Source: an uncultured Clavibacter sp. (GTDB lineage Bacteria; Actinomycetota; Actinomycetes; Nanopelagicales; Nanopelagicaceae). From it: 64,000 bases of DNA. The notes under the pieces are model-generated. The model was not told where the DNA came from and did no database searches. It was given only the letters and a program-made list of their open reading frames with translations. Where the stretch lies: contig CAZIAI010000005.1 of assembly GCA_964536895.1 (NCBI GenBank), positions 704 through 64,703 on the forward strand. The letters run 5' to 3'. The translations under genes and the position numbers were made by a program. Positions 1-10,615 of this stretch are shown here, in pieces (position 1 is the first letter of the stretch; the number at the start of each line of letters is the position of its first letter).

Positions 1-936
1 CTGTTCAGATCCGTGAATAAGAGTTGTTACCTCTCGCGCTAGAGCTCTATGTGCTTCGCGAGCTCCTGGATTATTTTTCAAAGATTCAAAAAGTGCTTCT
101 AACTCCTCATGAGATTTAAAGGAGAAGGTGCGCAGCAATTGCTCTACATCTCTATCATCAGAGTTTAGGAAGAATTGATAGAAGGCGTATGGCGATGTCA
201 TCTTCGCATCAAGCCAAATTGAACCATCAGCTGTTTTCCCAAACTTTGTTCCATCTGCTTTGGTTAACAATGGAATTGTTAAAGCGTGAGCTGATTTTCC
301 TTCGACACGACGAATTAAATCAACACCTGCAACTATATTTCCCCACTGATCACTACCACCGATTTGCAATTCACAGTTTTGACGGCGACTCAGTTCGAGA
401 AAATCAAATGCTTGCAAAACCTGATAGGAGAACTCTGTGTAAGAAATTCCTCCTGCTTCAAGACGTGCCGAAACAGATTCACGTGAAAGCATTTGATTTA
501 CGCTGAAGTGTTTTCCGATATCACGTAGGAAGGCGATTGCAGAAACAGGAGCGGTCCAATCTAAATTGTTAGCCATAACCGCTGCATTTGAGCCAGAAAA
601 CTCCAGAAATCCCTCTAATTGAGCCCGTATTTTTCCAACCCACTCATTGACAACATCAACATCATTCAAGGTTCTCTCTGAGTTTCTGCCACTTGGGTCG
701 CCTACTAATCCTGTGGCTCCCCCAACCAATGCGATTGGCCTGTGTCCAGCTAACTGAAAGCGGCGCAATACGGTGAGCGCCACCAGGTTGCCGATATGCA
801 GGCTAGGTGCAGTTGGATCGAATCCTAAGTAAAGGGTTCTGGACGCCGCATCAAGATACTTGGCTAGTTCTTCAATATCCGTGGTTTGCGCAATGGAATT
901 GCGCCACTTTAGGTCCTGCAGCAGTGAGCTGGTCAT
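1..936 (-). CDS. tyrS: tyrosine--tRNA ligase, first ~312 codons (gene runs off the left edge)
   Basis: This edge-open ORF is absent from the track. My own translation from ATG 936..934 reads [20 protein letters not shown]...[19 protein letters not shown] (HIGH-type motif) ...[13 protein letters not shown] (KMSKS-type motif), in frame down to base 1. The ATG overlaps the argH stop (ATGA). Confidence 0.9.
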   Translation of the reverse strand, partial: MTSSLLQDLKWRNSIAQTTDIEELAKYLDAASRTLYLGFDPTAPSLHIGNLVALTVLRRFQLAGHRPIALVGGATGLVGDPSGRNSERTLNDVDVVNEWVGKIRAQLEGFLEFSGSNAAVMANNLDWTAPVSAIAFLRDIGKHFSVNQMLSRESVSARLEAGGISYTEFSYQVLQAFDFLELSRRQNCELQIGGSDQWGNIVAGVDLIRRVEGKSAHALTIPLLTKADGTKFGKTADGSIWLDAKMTSPYAFYQFFLNSDDRDVEQLLRTFSFKSHEELEALFESLKNNPGAREAHRALAREVTTLIHGSEQ

Positions 937-2360
937 AGGCTCATCATGCCCGAAAATCGGCTGCGCTGGCTGGAACTCCAACTCCGGTCAGTCGCCAGAT
1001 GCTCCTTCAGTTTAACTAGCTGGCGATTAACGCTGGAAGGGGCGGTGCCATTAATTGAGGTACGTGCCGAAACAGCTCCATCTACATTCAAAACTTTTAG
1101 CACCTCTTTAGATAACTTCGGATGAATCGCAAGGAGTTCCGACTCCTCTAGTTGATGGAGTTCAATCTGTTTCGCCTCGCAGTTTCTTACACAAGCACCT
1201 GCTGCTTCGTGGGCATTAGAGAAAGCCACCCCTTGCATCACCAAAAAGTCAGCAATCTCTGTAGCAAGTGAGAAGCCTTGTGGTGCGGCAGCCTTCATGC
1301 GTTGTGTATCAAATGTTGTGGTTGCAATCATTCCAGTAACGGGCGGAAGCAACAGAAGTAGATTCTCTACTGAATCAAATATCGCCTCTTTGTCCTCTTG
1401 AAGATCTCGATTGTAAGCAAATGCCAAACCCTTCATAACTGTTAGCAACGCAGTGAGATTTCCGATGAATCTCCCGCTTTTTCCTCTTGCTAGCTCTGCT
1501 ACATCTGGATTCTTCTTTTGCGGCATTATTGATGATCCTGTGGCATAGGCATCGGCCACCTTTGCCCAGCCAAACTCGGTACTGCTCATCAATGTCCATT
1601 CCTCGCCAATACGGGAAAGATGTACTCCAATCAAAGAAATTATGAAGGCAGCCTCAGCTGCAAAATCCCTGTCCGAAACCGCATCAATACTGTTCCCCAT
1701 CACTCCACTGAATCCAAGATCCTTGGCTGTCGTTTCAGGCTCTAGAGGTAGTGAACTCCCCGCCAACGCTCCCGCCCCTAATGGCGATAAGTTGCAACGA
1801 TCTAGCCAGTTTTGAATTCTAGAAATATCCCGCGAGATTGCGTGTGCGTGTTTAGCAATCTCATGCCCAAAGGAAACTGGCTGCGCATGTTGAAGATGAG
1901 TGAAGCCCGGCGAAACATCTTGGACATGTTTTTCAGCCAACTCAATGATTGCTGCTTGCAGGTTGCAAAGTTGCGATGCAATCTCAATCATGTGATCAAT
2001 CAGATACAACTTGAAATCTGTGGCAACCTGGTCATTGCGGGAGCGACCTGCACGAATCGCCCCTCCTGCATCGCCAATCTTTTCTTTCAATCCTCTCTCA
2101 AGAGCTGAGTGCACATCTTCATCCGAATCAGTCGGCATGAATTTCCCAGATGTCACCTCTTCATAGAGAGCTATCAGACCCTGCTTCAACTGCAGGGCAA
2201 CTTCTTTGGAAACAATCTGATTCTTCTCCAATATCTTTAAATGCGCCAAGGAGCTCCTGATGTCATAGGGCGCTAGTCGCCAATCAAAATGCGCACTCCG
2301 TGAAAGCTTAAAGACCGATTCTTCTGGCGCTGCGGAGAATCTTCCACCCCAAAGTGTCAT
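933..2360 (-). CDS. argH: argininosuccinate lyase
   Basis: 475-aa ORF with N-terminus MTLWGGRFS and the lyase-1 signature [12 protein letters not shown]. It is the last gene of the arg cluster. Confidence 0.95.
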   Translation of the reverse strand: MTLWGGRFSAAPEESVFKLSRSAHFDWRLAPYDIRSSLAHLKILEKNQIVSKEVALQLKQGLIALYEEVTSGKFMPTDSDEDVHSALERGLKEKIGDAGGAIRAGRSRNDQVATDFKLYLIDHMIEIASQLCNLQAAIIELAEKHVQDVSPGFTHLQHAQPVSFGHEIAKHAHAISRDISRIQNWLDRCNLSPLGAGALAGSSLPLEPETTAKDLGFSGVMGNSIDAVSDRDFAAEAAFIISLIGVHLSRIGEEWTLMSSTEFGWAKVADAYATGSSIMPQKKNPDVAELARGKSGRFIGNLTALLTVMKGLAFAYNRDLQEDKEAIFDSVENLLLLLPPVTGMIATTTFDTQRMKAAAPQGFSLATEIADFLVMQGVAFSNAHEAAGACVRNCEAKQIELHQLEESELLAIHPKLSKEVLKVLNVDGAVSARTSINGTAPSSVNRQLVKLKEHLATDRSWSSSQRSRFSGMMSL

Positions 2361-2365
2361 GATCG

Positions 2366-2887
2366 TTAACCCTTCACTCTTGTTCGATTTTTTTGCAAGG
2401 TATATTTCCCAACTCCGCCAATGAAATCACGCAAATGCAATGAAAGCGCCTTACCGCCGGTGGCGTTTCTTGAAATCACCAGAACTGTGTCATCTCCAGC
2501 TATCGTGCCAATAACTGATGTCAATTGACCGTTCTCGGAGGCGCGATCAAGTGCGCTGGCCAATAATTGGGCTCCACCTGGTGGTGTTTTTACAACAACT
2601 AGATTTCCACTCGCGGTGATACTTAACATCAAGTCATCTGACACTCTTGTCGTACGGGACATCGGTTCAGCATCCAGAAATCTATATCTACTTTCACCTG
2701 ACTCATCCCGGCCTCTAACTGCACCTAACTCTTCAAGATCACGACTAGCTGTCGCCTGTGTGACTTCAATTCCTTCATCTGCCAACAGATCAACCAAGTC
2801 ACTTTGTGAATGCACCAGACCTTGATTTACAAAGGAAACCACGAGTGCTCGTCTAGCATTAGAAGAAAGTGCAGTTCGTTTAGCCAC
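2366..2887 (-). CDS. argR: arginine repressor ArgR
   Basis: It has a winged-helix N-domain (SQSDLVDLLADEGIEVTQATASRDLEELG) and a C-domain GTIAGDDTVLVI motif. I place the start at GTG 2887, because GAGGAG lies 7 nt upstream and the GTG overlaps the argD stop. The track ORF extends to 2932. Confidence 0.9.
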   Translation of the reverse strand: MAKRTALSSNARRALVVSFVNQGLVHSQSDLVDLLADEGIEVTQATASRDLEELGAVRGRDESGESRYRFLDAEPMSRTTRVSDDLMLSITASGNLVVVKTPPGGAQLLASALDRASENGQLTSVIGTIAGDDTVLVISRNATGGKALSLHLRDFIGGVGKYTLQKNRTRVKG

Positions 2888-4091
2888 GGTAGATCTCCTC
2901 ACATGCCTCGTTGAATGCCGTTGCAAAAGCAAGAATTTGCGGCTCGCTCACTATAAAAGCGGGAGCGATCCTGATGACATCTTCATTTGCCGCGTTTACT
3001 AGAAAACCTAAATCCTGCAGTTTGGCAGCAATCTCTTTTGCCCTCTTGTCGCGCAAAAGGATTCCAATCAGAAGGCCTTTTCCACGGACTTTTTCGACTC
3101 CCACGATTGGGGATATTAGATTTCGCAACAAGGCACCTTTCGCAAGATTAAGGGAGATATAACCCTTCTGTTCTATCTCCTCAATCACCGCAAGTGCAGC
3201 AGCGCTAGAAATAGGATTTCCGCCAAAAGTTGTGCCATGAGATCCTGGTGTCAAAAGTTTGCTAGACGCTCCTAACGCAATCATCGCGCCAAGCGGCAAT
3301 CCTCCGCCTAATCCCTTTGCGATTGTTATGACATCAGGCCTAATTCCCTCATCCTCGTAGCCAAACCATTGACCAGTTCGGCCCATGCCAGTTTGGACAG
3401 CATCAATCACCAGAAGTGCGCCCTTTGCATCGCAGATTTCACGCGCTGCTTTCAAGTATCCGCTAGGAGGAACTACCACCCCCGCTTCGCCCATTATTGG
3501 TTCCAAAATAACCATTGCAGTTCTCTTGCTAACCGCTTTACGAAGTTGAGCGATGTCGCCATATTCAACATGTTTAATGCCGGGAAGTAGCGGTTTAAAT
3601 GGATCGCGTTTTCCTGGCTGACCGGTCAGAGACAAAGCACCCATAGTGCGGCCGTGAAACGCTCCTTTGGCCGCCACAATTCTTTTTCGGCCAGTCATTC
3701 TGGAGAGTTTTAGAGCAGCTTCGTTGGCTTCTGCTCCGGAATTACAGAAGAAAACTTTGGCATCTTCATCCCCGGTCATCTTTTGCAGAAGTGAGGCCAA
3801 TTGAAGAGCTGGTGCGTGAGAGTAAAAATTGCTCACATGACTTAAAGACTTTGCTTGATCTGAGATTGATTTTGAAACTTTTGGATGGTTGTGCCCCAAA
3901 AGATTTGTCGCAATCCCACCTAGGAAATCTAGGTACTTACGACCCTCGATATCCCAAACCTCAATCCCTTTTCCCTTTACTAGATGAAGGCTGGGAGCTC
4001 CATAGTTGGGTTGCATCAAACTGTTCCAAAGGGTTGTCATCTCGGCGTTGTTTGCAGATGGTTTTTTGCCCGGTCTCACCGTTTTACCCAT
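2880..4091 (-). CDS. argD: acetylornithine aminotransferase
   Basis: Class-III aminotransferase (LDFLGGIATNLLGHNHP ... DVITIAKGLGGGLPLGA) at the argD position of the cluster. ATG 4091 has AGAGGTG 4 nt upstream. The alternative ATG 4040 (MTTLWNSLMQPNYG) cannot be excluded. Confidence 0.9.
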   Translation of the reverse strand: MGKTVRPGKKPSANNAEMTTLWNSLMQPNYGAPSLHLVKGKGIEVWDIEGRKYLDFLGGIATNLLGHNHPKVSKSISDQAKSLSHVSNFYSHAPALQLASLLQKMTGDEDAKVFFCNSGAEANEAALKLSRMTGRKRIVAAKGAFHGRTMGALSLTGQPGKRDPFKPLLPGIKHVEYGDIAQLRKAVSKRTAMVILEPIMGEAGVVVPPSGYLKAAREICDAKGALLVIDAVQTGMGRTGQWFGYEDEGIRPDVITIAKGLGGGLPLGAMIALGASSKLLTPGSHGTTFGGNPISSAAALAVIEEIEQKGYISLNLAKGALLRNLISPIVGVEKVRGKGLLIGILLRDKRAKEIAAKLQDLGFLVNAANEDVIRIAPAFIVSEPQILAFATAFNEACEEIYRG

Positions 4092-4834
4092 GTCCCACCT
4101 CTGCCCTCTAAAGCCTCCACGAACGCCTGAGATGAGTTTCCATCTATCACTCTTGCGCTCAATGCACCGGAGTTAATCGCTTCAATAACCGACTCCACCT
4201 TTGGAGCCATGCCATCAGCAAACTGCATGGTGGCAAGTTCCTGAACTGTAACCTCAGAAATTAATGAGGCTTTGTCTGGCCAATTGGCATAAATTCCGGG
4301 GACATCGGTTAGGAATAAAACTTGATTTGCGCGCAAAGATCCGGCGATTGCGCCCGCGGCCAAATCAGCATTTATGTTTAATGCTTTTCCTGTTTGATCA
4401 TTAGCAACCGGTGAAACGACTGGCAAGTAACCCATATCAACTAGATCATGCAGGATCTTTGGATTTACACGTTTGACCCTTCCGACTAAACCGAGATTGG
4501 TGAAATCCTTCAGTTCTACATCAAGCAAATGAGAATCGCTTCCTGTAATTCCCACGGCTGGCAATCCCACTTCTTGCAACTGTCTTACGACTGAGCGCAG
4601 AACTTTTCCGGTCAAGACCATTTCGACCACATTCATGACCTCAGCAGTGGTGACCCTAAAGCCATTGACCACCTGCTTCTCAATACCGCGCAGCTTTAAC
4701 TCTTCATCGATATGGGGTCCACCACCATGAACGATTACAAATCTCTCCCCCTGGTTGAAACGTGCCGCGATTTCCTTCATCCACTGTGATGAATTTTCAC
4801 CCATGGCATGCCCGCCGAATTTAATTACTATCAT
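4076..4834 (-). CDS. argB: acetylglutamate kinase (short form, no N-terminal extension)
   Basis: Amino-acid kinase fold: MIVIKFGGHAM, VIVHGGGPHI, NINADLAAGAIA. The ATG overlaps the argJ stop (ATGA). Confidence 0.93.
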   Translation of the reverse strand: MIVIKFGGHAMGENSSQWMKEIAARFNQGERFVIVHGGGPHIDEELKLRGIEKQVVNGFRVTTAEVMNVVEMVLTGKVLRSVVRQLQEVGLPAVGITGSDSHLLDVELKDFTNLGLVGRVKRVNPKILHDLVDMGYLPVVSPVANDQTGKALNINADLAAGAIAGSLRANQVLFLTDVPGIYANWPDKASLISEVTVQELATMQFADGMAPKVESVIEAINSGALSARVIDGNSSQAFVEALEGRGGTWVKR

Positions 4835-5997
4835 GTTGCGTACGCTGAATTCTCATGAACATATTCGGCCGTTAAATCATTGGTCCAGATTGTTGCTTCT
4901 TCATTACCCATATGAAGATCGATCACAATTTCAATTAGCTCAGCTGACAAATCAACCATCTCTCGATCTTCACCTGGTGCGCTGGCTCGACAGACCATGA
5001 CTCCATTTAATGACACATCAATATTCAACGGATCCAGCACTGCATTTGTGGTTCCCACCGCAGCCAGAACTCGGCCCCAATTTGGATCTTCGCCGTGCAA
5101 CGCGCATTTCAATAGGTTGTTTCGCGCGCAAGCTCTACCGACCTCTACCGCATCGCGCTCCGACTTGGCATTCACGGTCTTGATTGAAATCACTTTAGAG
5201 TGCCCTTCAGCATCAGCAATCAATTGAGAGGCCAAATTTTGGGTTGCATCCTGGAGTAATTGCGAAAGCTGTTCTTGAGAAAGCGTTACCCCAGATGCGC
5301 CGGATGCCAAGAAAAGAACTGTGTCATTGGTGGAAGTGCAACCATCAGAATCAATTCGATTGAAACTTTTTTCTACTGCTCTCGTAAACAACTCTTCCGC
5401 TGTACTTGGTTCAACAATCGCATCAGTCATGATTACAGAAAGCATGGTAGCTAAGGCTGGCGCCAGCATCCCCGCCCCCTTAGCTACACCAACGATACGC
5501 ACACCATATTCGTTTCGTTGGAACAGCTTAGGTTTTGAGTCTGTGGTCATAATTGCTTGTGCGACATCCAGTAAGGCATCGGTATTCAAGTTTTTCGCGG
5601 CATCTTCAATGCCTGAATAGATTTTATCCATCGGCAGTCTCACGCCAATCAAACCTGTTGAACAGACAGCGGTGTCACTAGCAGAAACTCCAGTTAGCTC
5701 CGCCACTCTCTCCGCTGTTCTATGGGTATCTGCAAATCCATCAGCCCCGGTGCAAGCGTTAGCTCCACCGCTATTGAGAATTACAGCTGCAACACTAAAG
5801 TCCTTTACTACTTGCCGACTCCACATAACGGGTGCTGCTACCAACTGATTGCTGGTAAAAACTCCAGTGCCAAAAAGCTGTGGCCCTTTATTGATTAACA
5901 GTGCCAGATCCTTAGCCCCACTGCTTTTCAGTCCAGCTGATACCCCGGCACCTTCGAAACCCAGAGGCAATTGCAAACATTCCTGAGATTGATTCAT
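4831..5997 (-). CDS. argJ: bifunctional ornithine acetyltransferase / N-acetylglutamate synthase
   Basis: 388-aa ORF with the ArgJ self-processing context PALATMLSVIMTDA, sitting between argC and argB. Confidence 0.93.
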   Translation of the reverse strand: MNQSQECLQLPLGFEGAGVSAGLKSSGAKDLALLINKGPQLFGTGVFTSNQLVAAPVMWSRQVVKDFSVAAVILNSGGANACTGADGFADTHRTAERVAELTGVSASDTAVCSTGLIGVRLPMDKIYSGIEDAAKNLNTDALLDVAQAIMTTDSKPKLFQRNEYGVRIVGVAKGAGMLAPALATMLSVIMTDAIVEPSTAEELFTRAVEKSFNRIDSDGCTSTNDTVLFLASGASGVTLSQEQLSQLLQDATQNLASQLIADAEGHSKVISIKTVNAKSERDAVEVGRACARNNLLKCALHGEDPNWGRVLAAVGTTNAVLDPLNIDVSLNGVMVCRASAPGEDREMVDLSAELIEIVIDLHMGNEEATIWTNDLTAEYVHENSAYAT

Positions 5998-7022
5998 CAG
6001 CCAATACCTATCGGGCTAAGTCCAGCGTTTTCAGGATAGCCGCAGATTAAATTAGCGTTTTGAACTGCTTGGCCAGCAGCGCCTTTGCCGAGGTTATCGA
6101 TTGCTACCGATGCTACAAATCTCTTTGAATGAGCATCAACCGCCACTTGTAAATGAACCCCGTTTGAGCCTATTAGGGATGATGTTTCTGGCATCTTGCC
6201 AATCTCGAGTAGATGAACAAATTGTTCATCCTTGTAGGCATCCGCAAATACCTTTCTAATCTCACTTTGCTCAAAAGTGGTTTTGGATGTCACTGTGGCG
6301 AGTATTCCGCGCGGCAAAGGAGCAAGAATTGGAGTAAATGAAATATTTATATCTTGACCACCGTCGGTGACCAGCGATTGCAAACTCTCTTCAATTTCAG
6401 GTGTATGTTGATGAACTCCCCCGAATTTATAAGAGGTAAGTGAATTCATTACTTCGCTGGCACTCAGATTTATCTTTGCCGATCGTCCAGCACCTGTTGT
6501 TCCGCTAGCTGCTACTACAACTATGTCTGAGTTATCAATCATCCCGGCCCGTACTACAGGAGCGGCTGCAAGTGCGATTGCTGTGGCATAACAACCGGGA
6601 TTGGCTACTCTCTTGGTCTGGCGAATCTGCTCTCGATAACCAGGCAACTCAGGCAGTCCATACAGCCAGTTTCCTGCGTACTCGGTTTGATAGTACTTTT
6701 GCCAAGAAGTTGGGTTTTTCAATCTATAGTCAGCACCTAAATCAACAATGGAAATATTTGGATCCAGCTCGCTAACAAACTTGGCTGATTCACCATGTGG
6801 CAAAGCCACAAAGACTAAATCACAATCTTTGGTCTTTTGCGCATCAGTCAATTCAAAACGTTGATTACCAAATGTACTTAGATGGGGATGAACATCTGCA
6901 ATTAACTCACCAGCGTTTGAACCTGCAGCTATGTACACCGCTTCAAAATGTGGGTGAGCTGAAATCAAGCGCAATAGCTCTCCGCCGGCATAGCCGCTAG
7001 CGCCGATTACTCCAACTTTCAT
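5997..7022 (-). CDS. argC: N-acetyl-gamma-glutamyl-phosphate reductase
   Basis: MKVGVIGASGYAGGELLRL (Rossmann fold) and the catalytic-Cys context VANPGCYAT. It is the first gene of the arg cluster. Confidence 0.95.
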   Translation of the reverse strand: MKVGVIGASGYAGGELLRLISAHPHFEAVYIAAGSNAGELIADVHPHLSTFGNQRFELTDAQKTKDCDLVFVALPHGESAKFVSELDPNISIVDLGADYRLKNPTSWQKYYQTEYAGNWLYGLPELPGYREQIRQTKRVANPGCYATAIALAAAPVVRAGMIDNSDIVVVAASGTTGAGRSAKINLSASEVMNSLTSYKFGGVHQHTPEIEESLQSLVTDGGQDINISFTPILAPLPRGILATVTSKTTFEQSEIRKVFADAYKDEQFVHLLEIGKMPETSSLIGSNGVHLQVAVDAHSKRFVASVAIDNLGKGAAGQAVQNANLICGYPENAGLSPIGIG

Positions 7023-7040
7023 GGTCTAACTTTAAAGGCA

Positions 7041-7078
7041 TATGCATAAATATTCAAATATATGCATATTTATGCAAA
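7041..7078 (-). promoter_or_regulatory. two tandem 18-bp ARG boxes (ArgR operator) in the 63-nt pheT-argC spacer
   Basis: TATGCATAAATATTCAAA (7041..7058) and TATGCATATTTATGCAAA (7061..7078) are 2 bp apart. Both fit TnTG(A/C)AT-W4-AT(T/G)CAnW. The second contains the perfect palindrome TGCATATTTATGCA. The pair ends 19 nt from the argC ATG. Confidence 0.75.
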
Positions 7079-7085
7079 AAACCTC

Positions 7086-9566
7086 TTAGCCACGAAGCGT
7101 TGCAGAACAGCGCTTTACCGCCTCGTTGCCGGCTGCCGCACGTAAAGCTGAGACCTCATCTGAGGTCAAGGTGCGATCCGGGGCCCGGAAGACCAACGTG
7201 AAGGCTAGAGAGACTTGAGACTCTCCTTCCTTTTGAAACCGGTCAAATAAGTGAATGCTCTCGAGTAGTTCACCGGCACCATCTGATAGCGCTTGCTCTA
7301 CTTGTGCAGCAGGCATATTTTGGTCAACAAAGAGTGAGATGTCTTGAATTGCTGCTGGATTTGTGTTGATTGGTTTTGCCTTTACAGATCCTGCGAATGG
7401 AATGGCATCCACAATTAGGGCAAAGGCGACGGTTCGGTCAGGCAAAGAGAGTCCACTACTTACTCTTGGATGAATCTCACCAGCATGTGCGATTGGCTTT
7501 CCATCCACTCGGAACTCTGCACAACGGCCAGGGTGCCAAGGCGCCAACTCAACCGCATGAACAGTGAATCTATTCCCAGTGGAATGAATCAAATCCGCAA
7601 CCAAATCCAGTGCATCCACCCATTGAGCAGCTCGTCCCTTGCCCCACCAACCACCTTGTTCAAAATCGCCAGCAATTACTCCGGCGATATGCAAAGGTTG
7701 TTTCGGAACACTTTCATAAATCTTTTTCACCTGAGCCGGTGTTGGGCGCCTATCCGTACTGATGCCGGTTGCGATAGGTAGTTTCTCGGTATCACGAAAT
7801 ACCGCGCCTGTTTCAAAGAGCGCAACGGAGTTCGCACCTCGTGCCAAATTTCGCGCAGCGGTGCTTAACAAGCCTGGAGTCAAATGGGTGCGCAAAAATG
7901 GGGTCTCTTCAGACATGGGATTTGCAATCTTGAAAGTCTTTGCTCTATCTCCAGTAAATCCAAATAACTCCATCTGAGCCGCACTAACAAATGGATAGTT
8001 ATGCACTTCTACTAATCCCTTATTGGCAAGCTCTATGGCCATCTGCTTTTTGCGCTGTTGAAGAGTTGATAGCCCACTTTTTCCATTCTTGGAAAGTTTG
8101 ATGGGAGGAAGGATGGAGGGAATTCGGTCATAACCGTAGTAACGCGCCACCTCTTCGGCAAAATCTGGCAAATCATTTAAGTCAGTTCGCCAACTTGGAA
8201 TAGTTACCTGCCAAGACTTCCCTGATTTCTTCAACGAGCAGCCAATCTTGGATAAGGCCAATTGCATCTCTTTGTCGGTGTAGGCGGTTCCAATTAACTC
8301 AGAGATTGCCGACGCTGATACCCGTGCCGTTCTTTTCTTGATTGGAGTTATTTGTTTTGAAGTACCCACATACTTTGCTCCCGCGTACTGCATCATTAGC
8401 AACGCAGCGCGCGCAGAGGCAATCTCAGCAAGCTGAGGATCTACTCCACGCTCAAATCTTCTTGATGCTTCAGTACTCAAAATGTGTCTTCTGGAACTCT
8501 GGGCAATTGCCACAGAATCAAAGTGTGCTGCCTCGAGCGCGATTGAAACAGTGAACTCTGTTACCTCCGACTCAAGTCCTCCCATTGTTCCGCCCAGCGC
8601 TAATGGTTTTTTGTCATCAGCAATCAAGAGATCATTAGAGGAAAGCTTTCTTTTCTGATTATCTAAGGTGAGGATTTCCTTAAATTTTCCGGCTCTCTGC
8701 ACCCTTAATGTTCCCGAAATCTTTGCTGCATCAAAAGCATGTAGTGGTTGGCCCATCTCTAGCATTACATAATTGGTGATATCAACCGCTACCGAGATTG
8801 GCCTCATGCCAGCTTGTACTAAACGGCGTTTCATCCATTCTGGTGTTTCACTCAATGGGTTTACATCTTTTAACGTTCGGATAAAAATTTGATCAGCAAT
8901 ACTTTTGTCGGTTATTTGAACTGGAGTGACTTTTCCTTTGGTCTTTTTCTTCTCCAAAGTTGCAATCAAAGAGTTTGCTTTTACATCCTTGAACGGAAGG
9001 TTTAGGGCCATAGCCAATTCACGTGCCGCTCCGCGTACACTCATCGCATAACCGCGATCTGGGTTCACAGCAATATCAATAACGGGGTCATCTGCTCCAA
9101 GCAGGGATAGTGCTTCCATGCCGGGTTTAGCTTTTTTGTCCTTAACAACAATGATGCCATTGTGCTCATCGCTGAGTGAGAGTTCTCTGGCGGAACAGAT
9201 CATTCCATTGCTGGTCTTGCCATAAGTTTCGCGTGCTGCGATAGCAAAATCGCCAGGCAAAACCGCCCCAGGGAGAGCTACTGCAACCAAATCTCCTGTT
9301 TGGAAATTCGTTGCCCCGCAAATCACATACCGCTCTTGCTTCTCGCCGCAATCAAGTGCGACATAACGGATTGGTTTCTTGAGACCCGTTAACTCCTCAA
9401 TACTCTTAACCTGACCGATAATGACCGGTCCCTTAATCTTGTCAGCGGGATTTTCTACTCCCTCAACTTCAAACCCTACTTTTACAAATGCATCAACGAT
9501 TTTTTCTATTTTGATGTTTTTTGGGAATTCAACGAACTCCGCCAACCAGGAAACTGGAAGTTTCAT
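7086..9566 (-). CDS. pheT: phenylalanine--tRNA ligase beta subunit
   Basis: 826-aa ORF with N-terminus MKLPVSWL..., typical PheT length and domain order. It is translationally coupled to pheS (ATGA). Confidence 0.95.
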   Translation of the reverse strand: MKLPVSWLAEFVEFPKNIKIEKIVDAFVKVGFEVEGVENPADKIKGPVIIGQVKSIEELTGLKKPIRYVALDCGEKQERYVICGATNFQTGDLVAVALPGAVLPGDFAIAARETYGKTSNGMICSARELSLSDEHNGIIVVKDKKAKPGMEALSLLGADDPVIDIAVNPDRGYAMSVRGAARELAMALNLPFKDVKANSLIATLEKKKTKGKVTPVQITDKSIADQIFIRTLKDVNPLSETPEWMKRRLVQAGMRPISVAVDITNYVMLEMGQPLHAFDAAKISGTLRVQRAGKFKEILTLDNQKRKLSSNDLLIADDKKPLALGGTMGGLESEVTEFTVSIALEAAHFDSVAIAQSSRRHILSTEASRRFERGVDPQLAEIASARAALLMMQYAGAKYVGTSKQITPIKKRTARVSASAISELIGTAYTDKEMQLALSKIGCSLKKSGKSWQVTIPSWRTDLNDLPDFAEEVARYYGYDRIPSILPPIKLSKNGKSGLSTLQQRKKQMAIELANKGLVEVHNYPFVSAAQMELFGFTGDRAKTFKIANPMSEETPFLRTHLTPGLLSTAARNLARGANSVALFETGAVFRDTEKLPIATGISTDRRPTPAQVKKIYESVPKQPLHIAGVIAGDFEQGGWWGKGRAAQWVDALDLVADLIHSTGNRFTVHAVELAPWHPGRCAEFRVDGKPIAHAGEIHPRVSSGLSLPDRTVAFALIVDAIPFAGSVKAKPINTNPAAIQDISLFVDQNMPAAQVEQALSDGAGELLESIHLFDRFQKEGESQVSLAFTLVFRAPDRTLTSDEVSALRAAAGNEAVKRCSATLRG

Positions 9567-10579
9567 CGCCCACCTGTGCCAAACTGTCGCGAGAAGCGAA
9601 CATCGCCTTCGACTATGTCATGCATATCTAAGATGCCATGTCGGACCATGAGGGTGCGTTCCAACCCCATTCCAAATGCAAACCCTGAATAGACATCTGG
9701 ATCGATGCCACAGGCAAGCAAAACTTTACGGTTGACCATTCCACACCCGCCCCATTCAACCCAACGTCCGTTGTAGAAGAAGTCAACTTCGGCGCTTGGT
9801 TCGGTGAACGGGAAAAATGAAGGTCGAATTCGGGTTGTTACATCTGCACCAAAAATCTTGGCAGCGAAATGATCAAGTGTCCCCTTTAGGTGCGCCATGG
9901 TAATCCCCTTATCGATTACCAAACCCTCTACCTGATTGAAGACTGGTGTATGCGTAGCATCCAATTCATCAGCCCTATAGGTTCGACCCGGGCAGATCAC
10001 ATAAATTGGTGGTTCGTTTTCTAACATGGTTCTAACCTGAACCGGCGATGTGTGAGTACGCATCACTAATCCCGATTCAACAGGCTCGACAAAAAAAGTA
10101 TCTTGCATAGTTCTTGCTGGGTGATCAGCTGAAATGTTTAAGGCATCAAAATTCAACCAACCGGATTCAAGTTCAGGACCTTCTTGCACTGTGTATCCCA
10201 TGCCGACAAACAAATCAGCGATTTCATGGCTCAAAATAGTCAGCGGATGCAATGCGCCTTTTGTGTGACGGCCCGTAGGAAGAGTTACATCAACTCTCTC
10301 CTCAATTAGAACTTTGCTATCTCGCTCTTGGATTAGAAATTTTTCTCTCTCATCAAAGGCTTTGTTTATTGCGACCTTGGCTGTACCGATTATTTTGCCC
10401 ATCTCGGCCCGCAGTTCGGGAGCTATTTGACCCAGAGATTGATTAGCCCGAGCAATTGGTGAGCGATCTCCGACATGTGAAATCTTGACTTCTCTAAGGG
10501 ACTCAAGGGTTTTAGCCTCATTAATTGCAGCGAGGGCCGCGCTCTGAATCTCAGATATCTCCGCATTGCTCATAGACAC
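9563..10579 (-). CDS. pheS: phenylalanine--tRNA ligase alpha subunit
   Basis: 338 aa with class-II aaRS core motifs (HPARTMQDTFF, FRPSFFPFTEPSAEVD, GFAFGMGLERT). Confidence 0.95.
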   Translation of the reverse strand: MSMSNAEISEIQSAALAAINEAKTLESLREVKISHVGDRSPIARANQSLGQIAPELRAEMGKIIGTAKVAINKAFDEREKFLIQERDSKVLIEERVDVTLPTGRHTKGALHPLTILSHEIADLFVGMGYTVQEGPELESGWLNFDALNISADHPARTMQDTFFVEPVESGLVMRTHTSPVQVRTMLENEPPIYVICPGRTYRADELDATHTPVFNQVEGLVIDKGITMAHLKGTLDHFAAKIFGADVTTRIRPSFFPFTEPSAEVDFFYNGRWVEWGGCGMVNRKVLLACGIDPDVYSGFAFGMGLERTLMVRHGILDMHDIVEGDVRFSRQFGTGGR

Positions 10580-10615
10580 TTCGAAATTCTACTAACCAAA
10601 TCGCTTTTTCTGCTG

